A stretch of 64,000 bases of DNA from Zygnema circumcarinatum SAG 698-1b. Taxonomy: Eukaryota > Plantae > Zygnematophyceae. A model generated the notes under the pieces. That model did not search any database and had not been told where the DNA came from. It was given only the letters and a program-made list of their open reading frames with translations. Of the stretch, positions 35,917-48,736 are shown in pieces (positions within the stretch are counted from its first letter, which is position 1; the number at the start of each line of letters is the position of its first letter). Where the stretch lies: assembly GCA_037447605.1 (NCBI GenBank), contig CM074809.1, positions 3,338,689 through 3,402,688 of the forward strand, in the 5' to 3' direction. The translations under genes were made by a program, and so were the position numbers.

Positions 35917-38038
35917 GAAGGAAGGAAACAAGAAAGAAAGAAAGAACTCTTGTACCCTTGTACTCTTATACCCTTGTATGAGTCACACAGCTACCAAAAA
36001 GGATTTGTATGAACCTTGCCTTTATCGTGGCTTTGGCTTGTAAGGATGGCTGCATTTAGCTCCGAAGCAGTTTTCTGCCTCTGTGCGGGCTCCAACAAGG
36101 ACCCCACGGGGCTCCCCACTCCATCTTCAAAGGCAAGAAGGGCCACTGTTCGCTCCAACTCCTCCAAAAAGACATGCTGCAAAAGGAAATAGCACTACAT
36201 GTTATACAAGCTTTCTGAACGTGACTGCATGCTAGTGAATTACAGCATAAGAGCATGCACAACGGAATCAGAAAAAAAAAAATTGTCACTTTCAATTGAC
36301 TTATGGGCACGAGATGGGTCATGAATTAACACACGTTTTCTTCTCCTCTAGGAGCCAACTCTTCCTGCGCAAATTCCAAAGCCTCCTCCATCCTCCCATC
36401 GCGGATGAGCTCAATGAGGCGTTGTTGCTGAAGATGAAAGTAAAGCTGCGGATTGGTGTCCAAAATCTGCTCGGAATCAAGAAGCATATGTCACTTTTCC
36501 ATAAGAATGGTTGCAAGTGACGAGCGAAAAGACTTCAGCGACTGAGGAAACACACTCATTCTCCTGAAGAGCCACTCTGTATCCAGTGGGATGAATTTTG
36601 CGCAATCGAGACGTGCCTGATCTTCCTCTGACTTCGCTTGTTTGAGGTTCTATATGCTGTGCATTTGCAAATCTCACTGCTAAGAGCGTACCTCCGGATT
36701 CAAATCATTAACTTTGTCAATAGCATCTTCGACATTCCCGCATTGCACAGCTTTTCGAACTGCCATTCGTTCGGTTATAGTTCCTAAATCAATCTCCGCT
36801 GTCACCCAGCCACAAATCCCAGATTTGAACGACAACTGAAGGAGACCACCCTATCTATAGTCAATGACTGTTTTGTGGCCGACCAAAGTTCAGGATACTC
36901 GAGGTTCACTTTGTAATTACAACATGAGAAGTCACTTTCTTTCCGATTGCATTTACTGAAGCAAGCCAGTCTAAGACCGGTCACAAAAAGCTTTCGCTGA
37001 AAATAAAAAGCAACATACCCGAGTCAACTATTCAACAAAAAACAATTCACATTGATTTTCCTTGAACCGCTGTTCCAGATTACTTCCGTTCCAGGTGGTA
37101 CAGCAGCACTGCATACGCTCCATGAAGCATTTGCCTGATTCATGTGCGTTTGAATAGTTTGGTGCCATCTCTACATTCACGATACACTCTAAGAGACAGG
37201 AGAATGGAGAAGAGAGGGCGAACGAGAGGGAGAGAGGGCAACAGCCGCAATATAGCGTGAGAAGAAAAGAGGGAAGGGGAATTTAGAGAGAGAGAGTGAG
37301 AGAGAGAGGGAGAGAGAGAGAGAGAGAGAGGCCTAATCTACATGAAGTTGTTTTTGGGAGAGCCTTACGTGGTGTTCCGGACTCCATTTGGAATTTCTCA
37401 GCCGCGTCCACATAGCCCTCCGTCACTAAAAAGTTCATCACCAGCTTGTTCATATCCTCCTTGCGTATTCTCACATCTCTCAATCGCCGATCCCATTCTT
37501 CGCGCGATACCATCTTCCTCGTCGCTGCCTGAACAGAGAAAAAATACGATTCAAACGATAAATGGTTTGCTACAACACACACCAGACACAGAGTAGATAA
37601 TAATAGTCGAAATTCAGTGCCTGCATGATGATTAATCAGCCTAGTCATGTCAAGTTAGTCAACCAAAAAGTTCAGTGCGGAAGAGCCACTTCTAGTTCTC
37701 TGTTACTTCATCACAGGGGCAAATGAATCTGTACTGCCTTAATATTGTAAGAGTATGGTGATCACAAATTGCTTAGCGCATTGCTGTGCAGATGCCACCT
37801 ATCAGATATGCAGACTTAGTCCTGAAATCTACTTTCTACGGTTGATTAAGAAAACGAACTAGCGAACGACACCACGAAGGATAGCAGCTCTCTGCTGTCC
37901 AGAATAATGAACACGCCCTTCAGGGATGTTGAGAAGTAAGGAAGCATGTTCAGCGGCTGCTGTCAGTATAAGTTAGGAACAAGAGCAGCCGGAAATGGAA
38001 AGGAAACGCAGCGAGAAAAGCACCTCTCCTTTTCCCAT
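35645..38038 (-). CDS. GID8: CTLH/GID E3 ligase subunit GID8/TWA1 (LisH-CTLH-CRA)
   Basis: [80 protein letters not shown] and [14 protein letters not shown]. The 5-codon first exon (38024-38038) is inferred. Confidence 0.93.
35855..35945. repeat. (GAAA)n microsatellite in a GID8 intron
   Basis: Direct reading. Confidence 0.9.
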
Positions 38039-38084
38039 GTCCAAGCGGCGGCGTGCAGCTTCTCCTCCCCCGTTTCTCCCTCCC

Positions 38085-38275
38085 TCAATTTCTTTCTCTC
38101 TCCACCCTTTCCGTTCTCTCTCCCACCTCTCTCCCTCTCCCACCTCTCTCCCTCTCCCACCTCTCTCCCTCTCCCTATCTCCCCTCTCTCCCTCTCCCAC
38201 CTCTCTCCCTAGACCTATCTCCCCCCTTTCCCTCTCCCACCTCTCTCCCTCTCCCTATCTCCCCCCTCTCCCTGT
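38085..38275. repeat. CT-rich ~17-bp degenerate tandem repeat upstream of the GID8 start
   Basis: Repeated ctctccctctcccacct-like units. Confidence 0.8.
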
Positions 38276-38436
38276 AAGGCTGGGTTTCCATCAGCCCGTT
38301 TTCGTGACGAGCTTGTAAAGGTCCACGTAGGATGTGGTTTTGCAGATGAGACAACGAGTTCGCCGTTTTCCAACCAGCGATCGCCACGTGCACGATTGAA
38401 GCGTCTGCCGTGGCCCACCGCGGTTACCGTACGCGC

Positions 38437-38610
38437 GTCGCCGCCGACAGTTTTTAGGGTTTTGCAGGAGGCGACGGTCGCTACTACTACAGCCGTCGCC
38501 GCCGACAGTTTTTAGGGTTTTGCAGGAGGCGACGGTCGCTACTACTACAGCCGTCGCCGCCGACAGTTTTTAGGGTTTTGCAGGAGGCGACGGTCGCTAC
38601 TACTACAGCC
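38437..38610. repeat. Three perfect copies of a 58-bp unit, each containing a telo-box (TAGGGTTT)
   Basis: gtcgccgccgacagtttttagggttttgcaggaggcgacggtcgctactactacagcc x3. Confidence 0.93.
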
Positions 38611-38820
38611 GCCACCTCCCCTCCCTTCTTTTCCCTCCTTCTCTGCCTTTCGCAGCAACGCCATTAACGGCGTTTGCCTCGCAACTCAAGAGCATTAAAT
38701 ATTATTGTTGTGGTGGAAGTTTTGGAAAGGACATGTGACAACATATGGCTCTTTCTTATCCTCTCTTCTCCTTTGGTTGATTTTGCTCTTTGTTGTCAAC
38801 ATGTTATGTCGTCGTCTTTG

Positions 38821-38885
38821 CTGCTTGTTGCTTGCTTCTTGCTTCTTGCTTCTTGCTTCTTACTGCTTGCTTCTTGCTTCTTGCT
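38821..38885. repeat. (TTGCTTC)n heptamer repeat
   Basis: Direct reading. Confidence 0.85.
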
Positions 38886-39884
38886 ACTTGCGAATTACAT
38901 ACAACCCTATGGAAAAATTATTACATAAACAACTACAAACTACAAAGGCACACAAAGAGACAATAATGGCAAAGATAAAGCGAAAACAATTCATATTCGA
39001 AAAACAAAAACAAAGAGACAATGTTTTCTATGCGCACCTTTCCTTCTCTACCCTTTCCTCAGTCATTTCCCTCTGTTTTTCCCTCATTTTTTAGCCATTG
39101 GCTTTGGTGTCGCAAAGGTGCCACATACTTCAATTTCGTTTTTTTCCTTCTCAAGCAAGCATCATCGAATAGCCATCCAAGAGAATGGAAGCAAAAATCT
39201 GACAGTGAAAATTTGCCAATCATGTACTCAAATTAATTAAACAAGAAGAATAATAATTCCAAGCCTAATCAATTGCTTCTAAAGCGTAAGAGTTGTAACA
39301 AACGATAAGGACAAAATAGATGACTTAAAATTTTTCCAAGGTTGCCTTTTAATGGTAAAGCACACAGGTAGGTAGCAAGAGGTCCAAAGTTCAAACCTTG
39401 CTAGAGGCAGGGATTCGTTGTAGGATCGACGACACTACCATCGAGACTTTCACGGAATGCGATCTCCCTCCTCCCTCTAACAGAAAATCTCCAATTTTGA
39501 AGGAACATAGAAACGAAGAAAAGTTTCGAGAGGACAAGAGCCGTACAGCTCACATTGTACCATACGGTCAAACTTTAGAGTACTCGTTTCGAAGTCGCAT
39601 TACCGACCAGTTTTTCTCGGTACTACTTCCGAACTCAAAGTTTGCCACGTAACTCTGACGGGGTGGGGTTCCATGGAGCAGTTTGGCGTTGTGTGTGACG
39701 CTTTTACGAGTTCCATGAGGGTCGTTCTTGACGACGTGGCACCTACATGACACCAAGATGGTGCCAACGTGGCGCCAACATGGCTGCCACGTTGGCGCGC
39801 TGCACGAGTTTTCCACGAATATGTTGAATTTCAGGAAGGTTGAATATTTGCCTTTTTATATCTCGTATTATCTTATTAACCTTG

Positions 39885-40291
39885 CCTCGATGCTCGGTTG
39901 GGTGTCTGAAGTCTTCCTTCGCCAGTGCGCCCATCGCTCCTTTGAGATGCACGGCACCGGCAGCCCTCCCCCAGCAATCCTTGCAACTTTTTATCGACAG
40001 CGCATTTCTGTCGCTCTGCAGCGGTGCCTTGCTTCCACTATCCTTCGGCGGGCAACGGTTGTTGGGACCCGCCCCGGTGGCCTTCCGCCCCTTCCTACGC
40101 GTGCTGCGCCACACATCAGCGACCTTCGCGGCTGCTTCTAGTGCCGTGTTGTTGAGCCTAGAAGTAGCTTTCCGTTTTGAGGCTTTCTTTTTGTCCTTAT
40201 GTTCATTGTGACCGCGCGTCTTCTGGTTCCCTATGTCGGTTTTATCCATGTACATTTGATGGCCTTGCCATCGTGAGTTCAATCAAACATC
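39885..40291 (+). mobile_element. 5'-truncated second copy of the CRE-like non-LTR element with a 14-bp target-site duplication
   Basis: Clearly homologous to 6950-7325. TSD tct(t/c)attaaccttg at 39871-39884 and 40296-40309, with one mismatch. Confidence 0.88.
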
Positions 40292-40960
40292 ATTCTCTCA
40301 TTAACCTTGAATACAATTAGAACCTTGAATTACCTTGAATTCGTCAATGGTATTGTTGATCTTGAGGTCTTGGAAAATGCAATTACGACGGTATAGTGAT
40401 CTCCAATCGGGTTTCGCCACGTGGATATCCCAAGGATAAAGTGTCGACGCCACGTACGGGGCTTGTTGCCACGTTGGCTCGCAGCCATCGACCGCGGTGG
40501 CCGCCGGTCAAGGGCCGGTTTCAAGGGTTTAGGGTTTTAGGGTACCAGCATCCTCGATGGAGGGGGCAGCACAGAGAGCAGTTGTGCTTCTTCTTCCCTT
40601 TCTTGGTTTCCTTTTCAACTTCATGTGCTTGTTATCCCTCCAAATGAAGGTTGTGCCCTTCCATGTGGCAACATCTCCAACTGAAAGAAGTTTCGATCCA
40701 AGATAACAGCTGGGCAAATTCGGTGACACCAGCAATGGGGCAAGGAAGAGGGAGAGACTCGCTGCCCCTCCCCCACTCTTCGTAGCAAACTTTGACCTAA
40801 TCTCCACATCACTCCGCGAGCCTTCCCCCCCACGCCAACAATTGCACAACTCTTCCTCCGATTCCTGAACCTATGAACAGGCGACAATTTGCCGCGGCCT
40901 ATATTCTACATTTCGATAATGTTAACGATTTTTTCACAAGCGATTTGTAACCCTGAGCCT

Positions 40961-43900
40961 TCATAGCGAATAGCAGGAGCTTGGAACTCCGTAGTCTCTC
41001 CTGGAACGGAGAGATGAATCTCGGCCGTTCGTTCGCCTTGTCTCTATTCTCCACTCATTGTTGTAAAGCTTGAAATGCAAAATCTGCCAACCGAAACCAC
41101 TTGGGTAAGTCACTGTCGGATACAAACGAGTACTCCTATCTCCTTGACCGTAGATACAGATGCTCAATTGTAAACTATGCGAGCATGTACCGCATAATGT
41201 CATGTGATGCATGAAGATGCAATGTGATGCATGGATCCCATGCCATGTCCCACCTGCAAAAGGGTGTCTATGGCATCATCCCCGTGGAGCATGCTGGTCC
41301 CAAAGGACCATGCATCCCTCTGCTCATGAACCGCCTTCTGCCGATTCGCCTCCTCCTTCGCAACAGAGTGGAAGGTGAACCGCTGCCAAGTCTTCTGAAC
41401 TCTCTGCTGCATTCTGTCTCCTTTTGTTTCCGATACTGCCTGCAGTTGTCAGCCAACCACCAACAGGCAAATTGGACATTAATGAAGGTCGGCTATATCT
41501 CCTCATTTCTGCAACGTGATCAACTTGAACATGTCAACAAATAGTTTGCTGGCTCCTATAACAATGAAAGGAAATGGGAGGGCAAAACAGAGATGAGAGA
41601 GGAAATGGAGTGCCTCACTCACTCTCAAAATGTGAACAAGATTTGGGATGTCAACCTCCTTCACACGGATTGAAAAGCTGCTATAGTCAAGGAACTTCTG
41701 AAAAGGCAGATGAATCCCATCCTGCAAAAATAATTGAATTTTTTTGAAAGTCAGACAGGGAAGACTGAATCACGAAGAAAAGAAAAGGAGCGAAGCGCCG
41801 AAGAAAAACAAAAGAGGGTTTCGAAAGAGAACCATTCACTGCCTACCAGTAGGAGCAGGTACGATACTAGGTTTCTGTCTAGATAGTGAACAAAATGAGG
41901 CCTGTCAGCCAGCCTGCCTCCCTCTCACTCTCTCCACTCTCTCTCTCTCTCTCTCTCTCTCGCTCTCCCTCTCTCTCGCTCTCCCTCTCTCTCTTTATTC
42001 CTCTCCCCAAAAGATCCCCACCTGAATAATGACAGGAATGCAGCCATGCTTCATGGCCATCTCCATGTCTCGACTGAACCCATTTTCGGGCAGAACTCCA
42101 CAAAATTTCGCATTTGCCAACTGCTTAAAAGCCCCTCGAAAACCATCAACATACAGCTCGTTAGCAACGTCGAATCAATGCAGCGTTTCTTCACTTCCCC
42201 TCCCTCACTTGCTCTGTCGATGGGAGTTTGGTCTCACCTCATTACCCTGTTCTGAACTCAAAACATTGGTGACTACCACATCTTCCTCTGCCTTCACCCC
42301 TTGCAGCTCTCCTGCTAAATTCGGAACGGAGGCAAAGGCGTGTGCTAAAGCTTGGCGGATGCCCATACTGAAGCTGTAAGCTCCAAGAAGACCGAAAAGG
42401 CAAAGTCAATCGCGACGATCGTGTCAAATAAGACAACAATTGAACCTATATTTTTGTGATAAAAAATAAAACAATATCAAGCTCTTCTTGCTATGTTTTT
42501 GCAAACTTACACTGTTTTCTGCTGTTTGTTTGTTGTTTTCTTAGTTCTACTGCAATCTTTAAGGAAGTGAAGAGGGGTTTAACCGCCATTTTCCGCCATA
42601 GCTACTCAAAAAGGCATGAATGGAAGTGGCTAGAATTGGAACGCACCCATGTGCTTTAGGCCCACCAGCAAAGCTATACCCCAGCTTTCCTGCGAAGTAA
42701 AATAGGGTCGTCCGCTCTTTAAAGGGTCTGCAAGACAAAAAGAACTAATAATCAGCGATAAAGCATGACAACCTAACAAACACACCAACACATAGAAATC
42801 CTGTGGTCGGACGTCCTAACGTCGCGCTTAGCACCTACAAACCAAACCAAAACCAAACTAAACCATGGTCTAAAGCAATCACTGGTTCCTCTTTCTCAAC
42901 TCCCTTTTCATCCATCTCGTTCACCTCCCTCTTCACTCATGTCTCTCACCTTCCTCTTCACCCATGTCTCTCACCTCCCTCTTCACCCATGTCGCTCACC
43001 TCCCTCTTTATCCACGTCTCTCACCTCCCTCTTCACCCATGTCTCTCACCTCCCTCTTCACCCATGTCTCTCACCTCCCACTTCACCCATGTCTCTCACC
43101 TCCCTCTTCACCCACCTCTCTCACCTCCCTCTTCACCCACCTCTCTCACCTCCCTCTTCACTCACCTCTCTCACCTCCCTCTTCACCCACCTCTCTCACC
43201 TCCCTCTTCACTCACCTCTCTCACCCCCCTCTTCATCCATGTTTCTCACCTCCCTCTTCCCCCATGTCTCTCACCTCCCTCTTCACTCACCTCTCTCACC
43301 TCCCTCTTCACCCACCTCTCTCACCTCCCTCTTCATCCATCTCTCTCTCACCTCTTCCAATACATCTGCGCCATTTGGTCGGCGTCAGGAGGCATCCATA
43401 CAGGCATGACCACATCCTTCCAGGGGTCGAAGCAGTCATGCCCTCCATAGAACTCTTGGGGAAGTTCGTCCCACCGATCCTCCTTAACTGTTGTTGCAGA
43501 CGTGACGTGACGCTTCATGGTGTTGCCCCAGTGGGAGAGGATTGTGCTGTTCCATATACTCCTCGGAGAGAGGCAGCCGCCCTCATCCCCACCTAATGCC
43601 TTCACGCATAGAAATTCGAAAAGTACAGCTACTTGAATGAATAAGTGATTGGTGTATTGACAAGTGGGAAGACTATGAAGGCGAAGAATGTTCTTACTGC
43701 CAGGGTTTTCAGTCTCAATAATGCAAGTTTGTCTCCTGAAGGGAGTTGTGGCGATGGAAAAACGTTGAAAAGGTAAAATAGAACCGATCGAAAAAGGAAG
43801 AAGTGCTCTTTTGCACATACCCACAAGTGGTCTCGTCCATTGTATCGATCCCAAAAGGGGTGAGTTCCTTTGATAAACTCATATGCTCGCTGATACAGAT

Positions 43901-46900
43901 CTGCAACAAACCACGCTCGACTGCCGTCCATGTGCTTCTGCTCACATATTGACATCAGAATGAGCAAGCTCTTCAACCACTAATGCAAGGAAATAAGATA
44001 TGGAAAAGAATGGAAAGATGTGCCGATTTTGCATCAGGGCTATTTTCAGATTGCCTTACCGGAATGACGAGAGGTGGTGAATCGTCGGCTCTTTCCATGA
44101 GACATGTCCCGAACACTGGAACATAGAAGTAGTCAGCTTCGTGGGGATTTATAGTACGATGTGGACTGGAAAGCAGCCCCTCATAAAGGGCAACCTGCCG
44201 AATGCAATCAGTTTAATTAGTTTGATAAGAGGCTTTAGAAAGCAGCCAAAAATTGCATGGAGGGATGGAGCAACACAAGCGATTAAACCTCAAAAGGTAA
44301 GCAAGGAACAGCAGTTCCAAGGTTTCATCGAAACCTTTTTGTTCACTCTCAATGTCAACTCCCACAAGGTCCAAGAATGTGGTCCATCCTCAATGCTTTC
44401 TAAAGGAGAAAGTAAGGCAGACCCACCTCAAGGCCGTATCGCTGCCCTTGATGGAACACTGTACGGTTCTTCTCATCATAGAACCGTAAAGCGCAATGCT
44501 CTTTCCATTGCCGACCCTGCAAGAAAATTTTGAAAAAGAAATAAAATTTGTAGGAGAACGATAAGCATAGGAGTCATAGCATAGCAAATGACTAAAATGT
44601 CATAGACCCCGAAAAAAATTCTCAATAAAGGAAAAGTCAGCCATGAGTTAATGCAGATTGGCTCACCTGTAACAGCCCAATATTGAACTCAGAGGGCATT
44701 TCATAAATGTAGATAAGGGGCCTCTTGCGATTATTTCTCAGCACCACGTCTTCTGCTAACAGTCTCCTCCTGCCACCTGGTCTCTGCTGGTAAGCTTCAC
44801 CTCCTTTTTTCTCTTTAAAAAAGGTCAACCATGGTGGCATGGGGGCCGATGGCAGAGTCAAAGCGGAAGGAATGCTGCAATCGGCTCCATAGAAATCGCC
44901 AGAACACTGCCATGCATGCCAACAGATGTCAATCTCATGTGTCTTTTCTCTGAACAGAACTTCTCCAAAAAAAAGGAACCAATTTTACGTTTGTTTAGGG
45001 GGTTCCTTTAGCTTCTCAACTAGAATGAGGGAGGAACAACAACATAACAGAACAATAACAGAACAACAACAATAACAGGATGACAACAGAACAGAACAAA
45101 ATAACAGAACTGACCTGGCAAAACCCATCGACACAGATTCCGTTCCCTGAGCACTGGTTGACACAGAACGGCTCTGTTGGTATTTCGCAAAGCTTGCCTG
45201 TTCGTCCATCGTAACGGCATGCACATCGGCTGCTGAACCTATGGGTGTTTGAAAAAGGGTCTGCCTCTAAATCCATATTACACCAACCGAGTCGACGTTC
45301 GTCCTTAGAATACAGGAGGTCCTCGTCCACGTGGCTCCACAAGAAAGTTCCTGAGCTGCCACGTGGCAGCACATCATTGCATTAGTCGGAATCAACAAAC
45401 CGCAATACTGATCCAACAGCTCCCATGCAATATGAGCAATTTTGAGCATAATGGTGAGGTCCAGGTTGAAACACTCTTAACATAATGTCAAACTGCATCC
45501 TACATTGAGAGACTTTCGGCCACATACCTGTCAGTTGAAAGGCCGCATGGTGCAACTGCAGGTCGACGAGGAAAGGCTCCTCGTGATCCACAAAAGCATT
45601 GTCCTGATCTTTCATCACATTCTGCTGCACAAATAGTCGCAGAAAGACGAGCTTTGAGAGGAGCAGTGTGAAGGAAGGGCGGGACTTTGGCATCATTTGA
45701 AGCACCTTCTGCCTCCTCCAGACTGTGTTCAGCTTCTGCCACATCTGAAGGTCGCCTGCATCCGATGCTTTTCTCTTCGCTGCAATCCAGTCCTGCAATG
45801 CAACAGAACCACTTTGGCGATGAACCAGATCAGAACTACTTTCTGATGAAGAGGTAACTTTTTCGGATAGGACGTTCACAAAAGATTGAACAAGGAAATC
45901 TGAAAAGCTTTGAAGCTGTGCACAGACCCAAAGCTTATCCGCTGCCCATAGCATGATTCAGTGTTGGCGTTTCTTTTGAACAGATGATGTCCTAGGGCCC
46001 ATAGATGCTACTGCTTCTCATGAAAACTCTCGAACCCGAAACACAAAAACCCTATAATCACAGGGTCTCCAGGCTTTCCGGCAAATTGTGTGACTGTTTT
46101 AAGGCGTAACTCGCTCTCCCACTACACCTAGTGCTCATTCCGTGTACGGCTTAAAGATTACAACGTAAAAAACAAAACCAGCAAACTCTGCTATGGATTT
46201 AGGCTGTTTCCTTTCCCTGAAACCTACAAACACTAAAGGATGTTGGAAGCAGTCTCACCTGTGGCGCCAAACTGACAGCTGCAAGTTCCTTCTTTGGCAT
46301 TGCAGACACCCTTCCGAGAGCAGAAAGCAGGACACGTCTCTCCATAGAGCACCTGGCTTGTAAAAATCATTCATCTGCAGAGTTGCTTCAGTTGGAGTGA
46401 CAATGTACTGCATCACTCTCTTTGACTTCGAAGTGTGTGGAATTCTCCAAGAAAAAGGGGGGGGGGGGGGCACAAGGGGCGTGAGGGGGATACGAAGTAC
46501 AGTTTGCTCTTCTAGAAAGGTGACAAGATTTTTCCAAATTAACAAAGGCCTTATCATTAAGCTTACTCTTCATCAGGATATTCAAGTATGTAACACTTCC
46601 TTGCCAAGTTCAATTTCTCGGCCTCATTTTCCTCGTATGACTGCTGCCTTTGTTCCAGCTATATTGATATATTTGGACACAAATTCCTTAAATCTTCATC
46701 AAATAAGCGGCAACATACTTCAGTTGTCGCACCTGCATGCATGAATACGTCTTCGAAATCTCTACTGATTGCTTGATAAAAATACACTCTCATAAAAGTG
46801 ACTTCTTACCTCATCAACTAACACTGGAGCAGACGCACCCCCACACCTTTTCAGCCAATCTCCCACTTGACTCTTCCAAGCGGCTCCTCTCCACATTGTG

Positions 46901-47982
46901 CTTAACTTAGCTTTAGTGTCTGAGCCACTCTCTTCCGGCTTCTCCACCGGCTTCTGCGCCTCAGAATGCTCCTCCAACGGTTTTTGCATGCCCTCGCCAT
47001 CCCTGAAGCTTCCGGCTTTTCCTCCTTCCCCTCCTACACCAGCAGAGGGCTCCACTTCAAAGTCCTCCTTACTTTTTTTGTCTGCGCTATCGCCTCCCGC
47101 GCCCTCATTTTCAAAAGTTGCTCCATCCCCCAAACTATCAAAATTTCCATCGTTTGCTGCTCCACGACCTTCCTCAACCTTTCCCTTTTCCTCGTCTCGT
47201 TGTCGACCACGAGGCAAGGATTGACCTTTCGAACTCCCTTCCTCCATTACAGATTCTTCTTCATCGGACTCTTCTCCAGCTTCAGAAAATTTCCCTTTCT
47301 GCGTATCCCTGGCATTGTCACCTCCCCATTCATTCTCAGTCTCTGTCTCACTGGCACCTCCAGGCACTGCCTCCGTCTTGCCCTTACTAGAATCCTGGTC
47401 AGGTTGACCTCCCCTCGTCCCTAATCCCCACTCTTCTCTATCTTCAGGACTACCCCACTCTCCCTCAAAACTACCTCCTCTACTCCCGCCCTCGCTCCCA
47501 TTGTACCAACCCCTACTCCCCTCCTCTCCCGCTTCTGAACTCAACCCCGGAGGCCCACTCTCTTTCTCCTCCTGCGAGTTCGGAGCCGGCCTTGCAAATC
47601 CTGCATGTCTGGAGAGAAGCGACGGCGCTGCAACGACCGCCGTGAACAGCAAAGCTCCTGCAGCCAGCCATATCATGGTTTTCTGACCGTTCCCAGAAGC
47701 TCCATCCCTCGGAGAAGAGGGAGCACTTCTCGAAATGGAGAAGCTGCTGAAAGGGGGAGGCTTGGGCCGCGGAAAAGCAGGCGCCTTCGGCATCCAACGC
47801 GCAAGGTGAGGGCGAATCTGGGAGCGAAGAAGCGTCGAGGGGTCAGGGATAGGTAGACGACTGCTTAGACTGGGAGCGAGAAGATGCTCCCTCTCTAGCG
47901 GATCCATGGCGGCAGGGAGGCGAGGAGGGAGAGCGGGAGGGGCCGTTGGGAGGAGGGCGAGCCAAGTGCCAACCATTGGCAT
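40961..47982 (-). CDS. Exostosin/GT47 glycosyltransferase with EGF-like domains (type II membrane protein, many exons)
   Basis: TM segment IWLAAGALLFTAVV, CDERSGQCFCG, CACRYDGRTGKLCE..FCVNQCSGNGICVDGFCQ, KRPLIYIYEMP, PFWDRYNGRDH, HLPFQKFLDYSSFSIRV and C-terminal LHFKL..DYGVP. Confidence 0.9.
42921..43345. repeat. 25-bp minisatellite, about 17 copies, in an exostosin intron
   Basis: Consensus tcacctccctcttcacccatgtctc. Confidence 0.92.
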
Positions 47983-48131
47983 TGCGCTTGGGTGTCTAAG
48001 TTAGAACCAGTACATTGATTCGGCTCTTAGCTAATGATTCGCTAGAAATGTACTGCTTTTGGTATGTTTGTTGCCGTCATGTGGAAGATCAAATCACGCC
48101 CAGATACGGTACGGTGGGGGAAAAAGGGAAA

Positions 48132-48139
48132 GCGGGAAA
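48132..48139. promoter_or_regulatory. Candidate E2F site (GCGGGAAA) with a nearby CCAAT
   Basis: Exact reverse complement of TTTCCCGC in the divergent intergenic region between the exostosin and the unknown gene. Confidence 0.35.
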
Positions 48140-48736
48140 CTCACGGGACGGAATTCGCGGAGCCAATAGAATTGCTTCGTTTGTTCCTCAGAAATGGACC
48201 CGAACTACGGAACAAACTACAAAACAGAAACTGCAAACTGCAAACTGCGAACTGCGAACTGCAAACTACAAACTGCAAGCCTTGTGATTCGGTTTGACCG
48301 AAGACGGGATAGAATTACAATAATAAGGCATGGGTCAATCTCGCCGCGTAAGCATTTCGTGCCACGTGAAGAGTTTTCATTGGTTGACCTGGAAATATCG
48401 AAATACATTGTACCGTGTTTTTAAACGATATATTGTATCGTGTCGTATCGTGTCATATCGTTGTCTGGTGTCCCAATTTCCCTGAATGCAAGCGCTCCTT
48501 ATGTGAGGTCTTCCGCCTCGGCAGATATTTTTTTCTTTTTTCCTTTATCAAATTCTAGCCTGCTCTTAGCTCAGGATTTGCGAAAGAAAGGATCTGGGAG
48601 AGTAAGAGAAAGGAAAGGTGAGGATTTGGGCGTTTAGTATCCCGTTATTGAGCATGATTTGAGTCTCTTTTGATGGTATACTTCTCTGGGAATCGCAGAA
48701 TACAAAGGAAAGGCGCCCTGCAGGGTCCTGGAAGCC

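Noticed and set aside
38437-38610. CRISPR-like array
   Set aside because: The units are contiguous and identical with no spacers, there are no cas genes, and the context is eukaryotic.
39395-40960. Helitron or DNA transposon hosting the second REL copy
   Set aside because: The motifs are suggestive (GCCACGT, CTAG, weak hairpin), but no convincing termini or TSD were found.
42803-43596. Several 150-215-aa ORFs rich in S/H/L/P
   Set aside because: They are translations of the 25-bp intronic minisatellite.
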